Virus record (IMG/VR): IMGVR_UViG_3300044984_003392
Span: 1-45,842 of that record
Direction: 5' to 3' (one strand)
Source: a virus
Lineage: Duplodnaviria > Caudoviricetes
Length of the DNA: 45,842 nt
In this document: piece by piece, positions 17,440-25,736 of the stretch
How the letters are laid out: each line of letters opens with the position of its first letter
Position numbering within the stretch: the first letter of the stretch is position 1
Program-made: the position numbers and the translations under genes
The notes under the pieces: generated by a model
Told to the model about the DNA's origin: nothing
Databases searched by the model: none
The model's input: only the letters and a program-made list of their open reading frames with translations

Positions 17440-19365
17440 TTAGCCAGAAGCGCCCATTCCGGGGATCTGACCTGGTTCGTTAAGGTTCGCGCGCATAGGT
17501 ACGGCATTCCCCATCTGCGCCTGTTGCTGCATCATCCCGTCAGGGACGACGTTAATACGGAACTTGTTGATGTTTTTCAAGCCGCCGAGCTGCGCGACAA
17601 AGGCGAAGATCTTGCCAAGGTCATACTGCTCCAGCGCGCCAGGAACCTTACTCAGCCCGCCGAGCATCTGCTGCCAGAGGTTGGCCTGGGCAAAACGATC
17701 CACAGGCATGGTGCCATCAACCGGTACGAAATCATACATGCCAGCAATCAGATCCGGAGTCACCTGCATATAGCGTTCCGCCCACATTGCCTGGTCGCCG
17801 ATAATCCGGAACTTCTTATCGCCCGTGTACAGCTGCTGCGAGGACATGTAGAGCTTGTTGGCGAGCGGCCCAAAACCAACATTCGAGAACCACTCGCAGT
17901 TCGTCTTTAAGCGGTTGATACCGAAGGAGGTGGAGGAGCGGACTTCCGTCGCGGTCTTGCGGCCGCCGGCATTCACGCTTCCCATCACATTATCCGAGAC
18001 CCCTGTAATGCGCTGGGCCAGCTGCGCCACCGTCTCGCTATCGGACAGGTTCGAGCGGGTAATGTCCTGCACCTGGAACTGCGACAGCATCGTCCGTACA
18101 TCCTGGCCATACGCGGCGGGCTTAAGCCGGATCATCTTCCCTGGCCCCGGCTCTTCCAGATCCCGGACATTGACCTTGCTCGGATCTACGAGGAACATGT
18201 TGTTCAGCGCCGCCCGTACATTATAGAAGTGGGAGTTGAAGAGCCACTCCATAGTCTTGTTCAGTGGGTCGAGTACCTCGAGCATCGACCGGTTAAAGAC
18301 GTTGTAGCCTTCCACCTCGAACGGGATCACATCGAACGGGTACTTGTTATGGGCCAAGCCCAGAGGCTGGGCGCTCACAATCACAGACTTGTTGGCGATA
18401 GTAAAAACCCACTTCTCCGGACGGTTGCTGTTACCAATGCCGAGTTCGCTCGGGATGACGTCCCAGTGGAATTCATACAGATCCGCGGTGGAGGGGGTAT
18501 CGCTCTCAAAGTTGTAGAAGGAGAGATCCTCGCCTGGAAGGTTCGTGTCGAAGCCTGTAGCCGAAGCCCGGTCGGAGCTTTCCCCCTGATTCCCGAATTC
18601 CCGAAGGGCTTTCAGGTTATAGTACTTGCCACTCGCGGCCTTGGCAGCGATCTTCACCCAGCCAACCTTGTCGAAAACAATACAGAATTCCCCCTCTTGA
18701 AATCGGAACAGGGGAACGCGTGGATCGCTCAGGAAGTCCGCAGGCCGTACATTATAAAGCCGATTTCCCTCGAACCCGGTCAGGGTCTCGCTCGTCTGCA
18801 CCTTTTCACTCGTCCCCGGAATCGGCATGCCCAGGAACATCTTCGGCTGATCCACCATCTTCGTCAGGGTGAATTCCTCTTTATCCCAGTAGTGGCCGAG
18901 CACCCCATGAGAGTATTTGCCAATATCCATCAGCCAGACGAACAGCGCCGGCATTCCGCCCCCGGCTTGGAGTTGGTAATCAAGGAGGGATTCCATAGCG
19001 GTCTCCGCGGTCTGGGACTCGCCGTGGCGCCCCTTCAGCTGGAAAATTGGATCCCGCGCGAGAAACACACTCGTATAGTAAGTATGGGCCGTGAGGAGCA
19101 TCGCATACGAGTACGGAATATTGATGGTAGTGTACTCAGTCTCGCCCCCCTTCCGCTTATCCTTCCGAATCCGATCCACATCTGTCTCCGGCATATAGGC
19201 CGTATAGGTATCCTCTGAGTTCTTCCACTCCTCCTCCCGCTTTTTCCGCTGCTCGTCCCGGGCCAGCTGATAGCGCCCTTTAAAGTTCTTAATCACGAGA
19301 TTATGTAGTTTGCTGCCGTACGGGATATGCTTGATCCCAGGCGCGAGTTGCTCTGCTTGTTTCAT
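17440..19365 (-). CDS. Portal protein
   Basis: 641 aa directly after terL; GGRKTATEVR and PGPGKMIRLK motifs of P22/T7-type portals; Gln-rich tail. Confidence 0.9.
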   Translation of the reverse strand: MKQAEQLAPGIKHIPYGSKLHNLVIKNFKGRYQLARDEQRKKREEEWKNSEDTYTAYMPETDVDRIRKDKRKGGETEYTTINIPYSYAMLLTAHTYYTSVFLARDPIFQLKGRHGESQTAETAMESLLDYQLQAGGGMPALFVWLMDIGKYSHGVLGHYWDKEEFTLTKMVDQPKMFLGMPIPGTSEKVQTSETLTGFEGNRLYNVRPADFLSDPRVPLFRFQEGEFCIVFDKVGWVKIAAKAASGKYYNLKALREFGNQGESSDRASATGFDTNLPGEDLSFYNFESDTPSTADLYEFHWDVIPSELGIGNSNRPEKWVFTIANKSVIVSAQPLGLAHNKYPFDVIPFEVEGYNVFNRSMLEVLDPLNKTMEWLFNSHFYNVRAALNNMFLVDPSKVNVRDLEEPGPGKMIRLKPAAYGQDVRTMLSQFQVQDITRSNLSDSETVAQLAQRITGVSDNVMGSVNAGGRKTATEVRSSTSFGINRLKTNCEWFSNVGFGPLANKLYMSSQQLYTGDKKFRIIGDQAMWAERYMQVTPDLIAGMYDFVPVDGTMPVDRFAQANLWQQMLGGLSKVPGALEQYDLGKIFAFVAQLGGLKNINKFRINVVPDGMMQQQAQMGNAVPMRANLNEPGQIPGMGASG

Positions 19366-20819
19366 TATGGTGCTCCACGAAAATTTAACTGCGGAAGGGA
19401 GTCATCCTCTTTCGAGTACTCCCCTTCGATCCACTCATCTATTCCTCGCTTTTCGCCCCAGGTGATCGCCATGGACACCGCGTCAAGAACGTCGTCGTGC
19501 ATCTGGGCGCTGGGGGAGTACTCCGTAAACTGCTCGATAAATTTCGCGTGGGAGGAGCGGCACTTGAGCCGCTGATAGCCGGAGGTTTCGCCAAGGGCCT
19601 GGATGATCCGATCAGACTTCCGCCTGCGATCCTGAACCTTATACACAGGTAGGTAGAGGCGCTGTTCCCGCATCCCCTTTTCTATATACCAGGCCAACAC
19701 CCGCTGATACGCGATCGCCTCGACGATGATGCCCAGCGGCCGCCATCTCCGCGCAAATTCAAAGACGGTAGCGAGCACCATCTCGGGGTCTTGGCCAGTT
19801 GCGGCCTTGAAGTCGACGAGATAAACCTCATCTCTGAAGAAGCCGATTACCACGACTGCATTATCATCAGCGGTCTTTTCTTCGCTACTCGCCGGGTCAA
19901 TCGCAATTACATAGGTCATCCGCTCGGGTAGCGTTTCCCAATATACGAGGTTGTCCAGGCGGAAACTCGCCATCTCTTCGGAGATGATCTTACACTCTTT
20001 CTCCCGCATCCAAATGGCAAGTCGCCCCACCTTCGTCGCGGCTTCCTTTTGCTTGAGCAGTTCCGCGGTCGGGTACCGCTCAGGCCAACGCGACTCCCCA
20101 TCAGGCCCGAAAATACCAAAGCGGAAGAAAGTCCACTCAGGATCCTTTTCGCAACCCTCGATCAGGTCGAACTTAGACTTGGGAGTGTCTAGGATAATAG
20201 CTTTAGCGTCGGGTGCTTCGGACTTGGGAGCGAGTGAGTTGAAGAGTGCACCAAAGACAAGGTTTTGTTCCTTCTTGCGCTGGTCGACTGAATTGCTAGC
20301 TTCATCAGTTGATGTGTCGTCGCAGATGATAAGGTCAGGGCGGTGGTCATCAATGTTAAAGCCGCGAAGTTGACCTGTAATGCCAAGCGCAAGAATGGTA
20401 ATAGGGGTATCGAGGGCTTCATGAATAATCTCTATATGGTCATCGCTCCACTTGCTCCCCTTCCGCAGACGGAAGGTAGAAGCCCAGAGCCGGTTATGTT
20501 CGACTTGCCGCTTGATCCAGCGGAGGGAAAGGATCGAGTGGCCCTGACTTGCAGACACGAAAAGAATAGTACGGGAGATGCCATAGGCGATCCGCTGACT
20601 TGTGAAGGCGCGGAGGAGAGTTGTCTTGGCCCCGTCCCGGAAAACCTCAATCGCCACATTACGGTAGTCGCGGTTGTTGAGGGTCTTCCCCATCTCATCG
20701 TGCATGGCGGGGGAAGCCTGCCGGAAGGTCTTGGGGAAGAAGAGTCGGCCGTAGAGGGTAAGGGAGGTTGCGCCAAGTTTCACGGCCTCTTGCGGGGAGA
20801 TAGGAAGTTGCTCAGCCAT
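19365..20819 (-). CDS. terL: Terminase large subunit
   Basis: Walker A-like FRDGAKTT, GQLRG, RPDLIICDD Walker B; RNase H motifs AIDPAS and HDDVLDAVSMA. Confidence 0.92.
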   Translation of the reverse strand: MAEQLPISPQEAVKLGATSLTLYGRLFFPKTFRQASPAMHDEMGKTLNNRDYRNVAIEVFRDGAKTTLLRAFTSQRIAYGISRTILFVSASQGHSILSLRWIKRQVEHNRLWASTFRLRKGSKWSDDHIEIIHEALDTPITILALGITGQLRGFNIDDHRPDLIICDDTSTDEASNSVDQRKKEQNLVFGALFNSLAPKSEAPDAKAIILDTPKSKFDLIEGCEKDPEWTFFRFGIFGPDGESRWPERYPTAELLKQKEAATKVGRLAIWMREKECKIISEEMASFRLDNLVYWETLPERMTYVIAIDPASSEEKTADDNAVVVIGFFRDEVYLVDFKAATGQDPEMVLATVFEFARRWRPLGIIVEAIAYQRVLAWYIEKGMREQRLYLPVYKVQDRRRKSDRIIQALGETSGYQRLKCRSSHAKFIEQFTEYSPSAQMHDDVLDAVSMAITWGEKRGIDEWIEGEYSKEDDSLPQLNFRGAP

Positions 20820-21325
20820 TAGGCTCTCCAGATATGCACTTTGAAAGAAGGATGGCGCATGCTTACTTCCTGCGCGAGAACAACCTTCTCAGGGAACGGG
20901 GTGGTGGGGTCATACCACTTAACCACCTCGCAGAAATCAAACTCCCAGTGGGAGGCCGGGAACATCACCTGGAGTACGGGGAGGTAAAGGTGCCGGACTT
21001 GCCACCAAGCGTCGGAGGTATGTTGATACTTCACCTCGACGATGGTAATGCGCCCCCTGGGGAGGTCAATAAGTATCCCGTCGGGTTGGCACCATCTCCA
21101 GCGCGCCTCCTCGCCCGCTGGAAAGAACTTAAGCCAGGGGGACGGGATATACCTATCCCCGTAGAAGGTCGAGAGGTACTCCTGAACCTTCCGCTCGTAC
21201 CGGACACCTTCGAGGCGCCGCCCCGTATACCGCTTCTTCCGAATGGCCGGGGGCAGGGCGAAGTTGGCCGAAAGCACCCGCCCGGCTGGCCGGAACCCCT
21301 GAGGCGCGGGCACGGGCGAAGGCAT
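20819..21325 (-). CDS. PD-(D/E)xK superfamily endonuclease
   Basis: YE...QPDGILID...IVEVKYQH...QVRHLY motif; start may be 21325, 21337 or 21352. Confidence 0.7.
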   Translation of the reverse strand: MPSPVPAPQGFRPAGRVLSANFALPPAIRKKRYTGRRLEGVRYERKVQEYLSTFYGDRYIPSPWLKFFPAGEEARWRWCQPDGILIDLPRGRITIVEVKYQHTSDAWWQVRHLYLPVLQVMFPASHWEFDFCEVVKWYDPTTPFPEKVVLAQEVSMRHPSFKVHIWRA

Positions 21326-21326
21326 A

Positions 21327-21845
21327 TTACTCAGCATCGAATGTGCGGCCAACGGTGTCAGGTAGCCTCACTTCGTTCGCCTGTACCGGCAACGAATTCT
21401 CGGCGAACAACTGCATCAGTTCCCGCGCGGCCGACAGATCCCCTGCGGAGATAAACACATTCTGTTGGATGTGATTCCCACTCGGGGGGCCGGCGGGGTT
21501 GCGAGAGGATGCGGGCGCGTAGCCCATACGGTGAAGTATCTTGTCCGTGGCATCGAGGAGGAACTCGGGATCCTCGTTCTTTTCGAGATGGTCGGTGAGC
21601 TTGTCCAGGGCAATGTCCGCCGCCTTGCGCAGACGCGCGGGAATGGAGTCCGCCACCCGCAGCCCGATCGCGAGCTGCTTCTCCTTCAGGGCATGCTGGA
21701 AGATATCAGAATGTATGATCTGACTGAGCCAGCTCTGCGAATACCCGAAGTGGTCGCTGCATTCGCGGAGGGATTTTTCCGGGTTAAGCACGAGCCAGTT
21801 CATCAGCATCTCATGCGTTGTGGAAAGGCGGGCTAGGGCTGCCAT
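21327..21845 (-). CDS. terS: Terminase small subunit (N-terminal HTH)
   Basis: SLRECSDHFGYSQSWLSQII HTH and ATDKILHRMGY motif; first gene of the late arm; AAAGGA RBS. Confidence 0.7.
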   Translation of the reverse strand: MAALARLSTTHEMLMNWLVLNPEKSLRECSDHFGYSQSWLSQIIHSDIFQHALKEKQLAIGLRVADSIPARLRKAADIALDKLTDHLEKNEDPEFLLDATDKILHRMGYAPASSRNPAGPPSGNHIQQNVFISAGDLSAARELMQLFAENSLPVQANEVRLPDTVGRTFDAE

Positions 21846-21878
21846 GCTAAATCCTTTAGGGGACGGGGAAGATGAGCC

Positions 21879-21907
21879 TTTATACACGGGTAGGGGCGGG
21901 GAGTCAA
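21879..21907 (-). promoter_or_regulatory. Sigma70-like promoter of the morphogenesis arm
   Basis: TTGACT-17 bp-TATAAA upstream of terS. Confidence 0.7.
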
Positions 21908-21935
21908 GCGCTGGCGCGCTGGCGCGTGGGGGTAG

Positions 21936-21969
21936 ATGGGCGGAGTAATGGTGGACTTATCGTCCCCAT
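21936..21969. promoter_or_regulatory. 34-bp palindromic site 2 (between the divergent promoters)
   Basis: ATGGGCGGAGTAAT-ggtgga-CTTATCGTCCCCAT. Confidence 0.6.
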
Positions 21970-22088
21970 CAATTCCAGATGTACCTCAGTAATTTTTATC
22001 GCCTTTATCCCAGGGGTAAGCGCCCCTCGAGGGGGGCGGGTGGGTGCCGCCTGTAAGTCGTTGATTATAAACAGGAAAATATGAACGC

Positions 22089-22116
22089 TTGCATCCTTGT
22101 GCGGCAGGTGTATAAT
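22089..22116 (+). promoter_or_regulatory. Sigma70-like early promoter
   Basis: TTGCAT-16 bp-TATAAT with an AT-rich upstream element. Confidence 0.7.
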
Positions 22117-22213
22117 GAATTCATCGGAGGAGCAAACAGGTTCCCCCGGTACAGCGGCAGGTGCGGACTATCGCGCAGGCTGACTTTCTTTAACAATTTG
22201 CATGGAGGCCATT

Positions 22214-22723
22214 ATGGCACAAGCACAAGTGGTGAAGTTCCTCGGGAAAATTACGCCTGAGGATCATGGTGGGCAAGCTCGGACGGTGATCTTCACCCTG
22301 GGTAATGGGAGCAAGCTTACTGCCTGCCTCGATTCGTATAATGCCGAGATGGTGGAACGGCTTGCGGTTCATGGGCTTAGCCAGAAGATCGGCGATAGCG
22401 CGAGTGGGTTTGCAAAGGATCGGGACTTCCTGGGAGCGTTCGGCTCAATGCAACAGGTGGAAGAAAACCTGAAGCAGGGGCTGTGGGCGAGCCGGAGTGG
22501 CGGAGGTACAAGCGATCTCGTCGCGGCCATTGCCAAGATCAAGGGCGTTAGCCTTGAGGACGCGCAAGCGGCAGTCGATAAGGCTACGGAAGAGCAGGTG
22601 GCAACCCTCAAGAAACATCCGGCGATCAAAGAGGCCATTGCCAAGATCCAAGCGGCAAGGGCGAAGGAAGCGGCGAAGGGCGCCGGAAGCCTTGATGATC
22701 TGGTCAAGGGTCTAGGTCTGTAA
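22214..22723 (+). CDS. Early hypothetical protein, paralogue A (HGxxQKIGDS family)
   Basis: GGAGG RBS; alignable over its length with 25737-26231. Confidence 0.85.
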   Translation: MAQAQVVKFLGKITPEDHGGQARTVIFTLGNGSKLTACLDSYNAEMVERLAVHGLSQKIGDSASGFAKDRDFLGAFGSMQQVEENLKQGLWASRSGGGTSDLVAAIAKIKGVSLEDAQAAVDKATEEQVATLKKHPAIKEAIAKIQAARAKEAAKGAGSLDDLVKGLGL

Positions 22724-22769
22724 CATAACCGGGGGAGGGGGAAACCTTCCCCCCATTAAGGAGAATCAA

Positions 22770-23000
22770 ATGTCACACGCAAGAAGTTTGATCATTCTCG
22801 CCTTGCAGTCCGAGGGCGTAGTGGATGAGGTAATTGAACGGGCTTTGGTCAAGGCAGAGTTATACAATTTGGAAAGCCGGATCCGGACTGGTGTGGAGCG
22901 GGATATTTGCAAGGCGCAGGCGCAGGCGCAGTACGGAGACATCTTTGGCGAGGGGGAGAGAGGGAAGCCGCGCAACTATCTCGAGGAGACGTTCCCATGA
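22770..23000 (+). CDS. Hypothetical protein (76 aa)
   Basis: AAGGAG RBS, ATG start. Confidence 0.7.
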   Translation: MSHARSLIILALQSEGVVDEVIERALVKAELYNLESRIRTGVERDICKAQAQAQYGDIFGEGERGKPRNYLEETFP

Positions 23001-23071
23001 GCTGGCTGATCCGGATCGGGATTCTGTGGGCGATGGCAGCCTTCATCGTCCTTTGGACGGGACTGGGTTGA
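22997..23071 (+). CDS. 24-aa single-TM mini-protein MSWLIRIGILWAMAAFIVLWTGLG
   Basis: GAGGAG RBS, ATGA coupling to the upstream gene, ends just before a terminator. Confidence 0.55.
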   Translation: MSWLIRIGILWAMAAFIVLWTGLG

Positions 23072-23076
23072 CAAGC

Positions 23077-23104
23077 AGGGAGACTTCGGTCTCCCTATTT
23101 TTTT
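23077..23104 (+). terminator. Rho-independent terminator
   Basis: AGGGAGAC-TTCG-GTCTCCCT followed by ATTTTTTT. Confidence 0.9.
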
Positions 23105-23245
23105 ACCCCTCGGAGCGCCCGTCTGGCGCCTGGATGCTGGGTACCTTTGGAGCGGGGCCACTACAAGTCCGTACCCTCCGCGCCTAGCCCCTGGGAGCGG
23201 AACCACTGTTAGATGCTGGCGGGTTGGAGCTGATCCGGAGCTAGT

Positions 23246-23553
23246 GCAATCATCTTGCAATCATACGCAATAGAGCGCAATCACATGCAATGCGGGCAAT
23301 AGATGCAATCAAGCAATGGAGCTGAAGCCCCACCCGTCCGTCTATATAAAGGCCGTATAAAGTCTCTCTAAGTTATTTTTTTTTCTTTTTTTTTTTTAAT
23401 TAACTGGAACAAGACCCACTAGGACAAGATGGGGAGATTAACTACCTATTTAATCCGTCCAATATCTAGACGGCACACCCCCATCAGCTCCATTGCCCTA
23501 TTGCTTCTATTGCGTGGATTGCGAGTGATTGCGTGTGATTGCACGGTCATTGC
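23246..23553. repeat. Inverted GCAAT/ATTGC arrays flanking an AT-rich core; candidate replication origin
   Basis: 8 GCAAT (23246-23317) and 7 ATTGC (23492-23553); inner 13-bp perfect inverted repeat; poly-T tract at ~23373-23397; non-coding. Confidence 0.75.
23429..23462. promoter_or_regulatory. 34-bp palindromic site 3 (degenerate right arm)
   Basis: ATGGGGAGATTAAC-taccta-TTTAATCCGTCCAA. Confidence 0.5.
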
Positions 23554-23574
23554 AATGTCAGCCATCTCGCCCCC

Positions 23575-23603
23575 TTGACAAGCTCCCACGCGTCTCGTAA
23601 GCT
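23575..23603 (+). promoter_or_regulatory. Sigma70-like promoter
   Basis: TTGACA-17 bp-TAAGCT. Confidence 0.65.
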
Positions 23604-23638
23604 ACCAATTCTACCAACGCGGCCAAAAGGGGAAGCCA

Positions 23639-23779
23639 GTGGCAACAAAAACCAAAGATACGAGGAATACCCTCCCAGGATTCGAGTCCCGGGAGGAGAA
23701 GAAGGTGAGCGGGAAGAAGGCAAAGACGCGTCATCAGTTGGAAGTCGAAGCACTTAAATTGAAAAGGAAGAAGAAATGA
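23639..23779 (+). CDS. 46-aa highly basic peptide
   Basis: GTG start after AAGGGG; MATKTKDTRN...LKLKRKKK; stop overlaps the next ATG (ATGA). Confidence 0.55.
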   Translation: MATKTKDTRNTLPGFESREEKKVSGKKAKTRHQLEVEALKLKRKKK

Positions 23780-24273
23780 GTACAGGTAAGCGCAAGCGCT
23801 TCTCGAAAAATACTGCAACATGGGGTACTTTCGAAAAGCTGTTTCTCGATCCAACGCGCCAGCATCCCACGCGCCTCGGGCCGTTCCCGAAGGGGAAAGT
23901 TGTGAACCTCGTCCAAGGGTTGAACTGTTGCAATATCCAGTGGGCTGAGGACATGCAGATGCCTCTTAACATGCTTACGCTCTCGGCCAAGGCGGTCAAG
24001 GGTCATACGGATATGGACTGGTTCCTTGAGGTCTCCACCAATTACAGGCAGCAAGGCCTCACCTCCCCGCGCGGGAGCACCGGCCAGAACTGGGTCGCGG
24101 GCCTCCTTGACAGCTTGTCTGGGGGAGAGTCTCTCCCGACACAGGGCGTCGGCCATTCGCCTTATACGGACGAAGGAGTCGCCCCCCAGGGCGAGTCGCC
24201 ACTCGTGGAACCTGAGGAGTGGGTCGATCCGCAGGATGATTTGTTAAACAGCTATCTCAAAGGGGAAAAATAA
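23776..24273 (+). CDS. Hypothetical protein (165 aa)
   Basis: ORF with RBS, coupled to neighbours. Confidence 0.7.
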   Translation: MSTGKRKRFSKNTATWGTFEKLFLDPTRQHPTRLGPFPKGKVVNLVQGLNCCNIQWAEDMQMPLNMLTLSAKAVKGHTDMDWFLEVSTNYRQQGLTSPRGSTGQNWVAGLLDSLSGGESLPTQGVGHSPYTDEGVAPQGESPLVEPEEWVDPQDDLLNSYLKGEK

Positions 24274-24509
24274 TGGCAACAGGAACTGTTACCCTCACGC
24301 TGGATAAGGCGGAGTTCGAGTGCACGTATTATGCAGATCCGGGCCGGGCTGGAACCCACTGGGAGCCGCCCGAGCTTCCTGAGCTGTATATTGAGACCTT
24401 TATAGTCGGGGGATTTGACCTTACAGATATGCTGGACGAGTGGGTAGTCAATCGCCTGAATGAAATGCTGGCCGAGCATCTGGAAAGGAATAGTCATGAG
24501 GAAGAATGA
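24273..24509 (+). CDS. Hypothetical acidic protein (78 aa)
   Basis: TAATG coupling, AAGGGG RBS, HWEPPELPE motif. Confidence 0.7.
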   Translation: MATGTVTLTLDKAEFECTYYADPGRAGTHWEPPELPELYIETFIVGGFDLTDMLDEWVVNRLNEMLAEHLERNSHEEE

Positions 24510-24648
24510 ACCTGGCCGGGGCAAACTCAAGCGCCTCATCCCACCAAGCACCAGTTATCTGGAGCAGTGGGAGAAGGGCCGGTATCAAGTTGTTGATCGT
24601 GACAAGTACAGCGACACGCAACTCTACGCCCGGAAGGAAGTGAAATGA
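24496..24648 (+). CDS. Hypothetical protein (50 aa)
   Basis: AAGGA RBS before ATG 24496; ATGA coupling downstream. Confidence 0.5.
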   Translation: MRKNEPGRGKLKRLIPPSTSYLEQWEKGRYQVVDRDKYSDTQLYARKEVK

Positions 24649-24938
24649 ACATCCAAGAACGATTACAGCTTGCACTTGATGGCGGCATAGATAGCTGGCC
24701 TATTGCATCTATCGAATGGGAGTATGCAGAAGCTATTAAGGAAATCGCCTCACTCAAATCGCAGCTTGCCGAGTGCAAGAAGGATGCGGAGCGGTATCGT
24801 TACCTACGCGACGAAAATGGTGAGACATACCGTGAAGGTGCATTGTTCGTAGGGTTCGATGACGAAACAGGTGGCGATTGGATTGGCGCTGATCTTGACG
24901 CTGTTATCGACGCAGCAATGGCGCAGAAGGAGGAATAA
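24645..24938 (+). CDS. Ead/Ea22-like accessory protein
   Basis: KDAERYRYLRD...LDAVIDAAM motif common in proteobacterial phage accessory genes. Confidence 0.6.
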   Translation: MNIQERLQLALDGGIDSWPIASIEWEYAEAIKEIASLKSQLAECKKDAERYRYLRDENGETYREGALFVGFDDETGGDWIGADLDAVIDAAMAQKEE

Positions 24939-25390
24939 TGAGCCAACTACCCATCGAAGAGATTGACGATATTCGGCAGTCACCACGTCAGTTTGTTGAT
25001 CTGGAAACAGTCGAGAACCTTAGCGATACGGCGATGTTTCAAGATATGCAGATCAAGATGATGCTGTCTGAAATCTTAGACCTCAAAGATAAGGTTCGAA
25101 TGTTGAACCAACTATGCGAGTTTAACGAAGAAGGTCAGCGCCGTCTGATTGAGCAGCTTGCTGAAGCACGGAATAACGACAGAGCCGCCATGTCTTATTT
25201 GAGAGAGATTAACCAGATTGTTCCGGCTGATGATTTTCCTCGGATGGTGGAAAAGATCAAAGAACTACGCGCTGCGCTTGCTGTTGCAGTTGATGCGCTT
25301 GAGTTCATGTGGCGGGATGTTCCGATGAATGAATACGCATTCGATAAGCTGGAGAAAGCACTAACACGCTGCCGGGAGGTACTCAAGTGA
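24938..25390 (+). CDS. Coiled-coil accessory protein (150 aa)
   Basis: GGAGG RBS, TAATG coupling, heptad pattern. Confidence 0.65.
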   Translation: MSQLPIEEIDDIRQSPRQFVDLETVENLSDTAMFQDMQIKMMLSEILDLKDKVRMLNQLCEFNEEGQRRLIEQLAEARNNDRAAMSYLREINQIVPADDFPRMVEKIKELRAALAVAVDALEFMWRDVPMNEYAFDKLEKALTRCREVLK

Positions 25391-25638
25391 CCTCGCCCCC
25401 CCTCCAACGCGTCCGAGCCTCCGGCCAGTCCAAACGCGCCTCCCTCCTCGAAGCCTTTCTCAATACCCTCCTCGGCTTCTGGATCTCCGTCCTGGCTAAC
25501 TGGTTTCTTCTTCCCCTCTGGGGCTTCCAGGTCTCCATGACCCAAGCTGTGGAGATCGGCATCGCCTTCACCTTTGTCAGTATCGCCCGTAGCTACCTCC
25601 TCCGCCGAGCTTTCAATTATTTTCACATTAGCCGGTGA
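25387..25638 (+). CDS. Conserved two-TM phage membrane protein
   Basis: QSKRASLLEAFLNTLLGF...SIARSYLLRRAFN motif; two hydrophobic segments. Confidence 0.7.
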   Translation: MTSPPLQRVRASGQSKRASLLEAFLNTLLGFWISVLANWFLLPLWGFQVSMTQAVEIGIAFTFVSIARSYLLRRAFNYFHISR

Positions 25639-25643
25639 CGCTC

Positions 25644-25672
25644 TTGACACGCTTACCATGGGTATATATAGT
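25644..25672 (+). promoter_or_regulatory. Sigma70-like promoter
   Basis: TTGACA-17 bp-TATAGT. Confidence 0.8.
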
Positions 25673-25736
25673 ATCCATTCCAACGCGGCCCACGCCGTAA
25701 CCCAGGGCATCCCGCCCACCCTTAAGGAGTAGTAAA

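Noticed and set aside
23068-23073. TTGACA as a -35 box
   Set aside because: No credible -10 at 16-18 bp; it overlaps a stop codon and precedes a terminator hairpin.
23246-23553. GCAAT repeats as a CRISPR array
   Set aside because: The units are 5 bp with 3-6 bp spacers and the two arrays are inverted; no repeat-spacer geometry and no cas operon.
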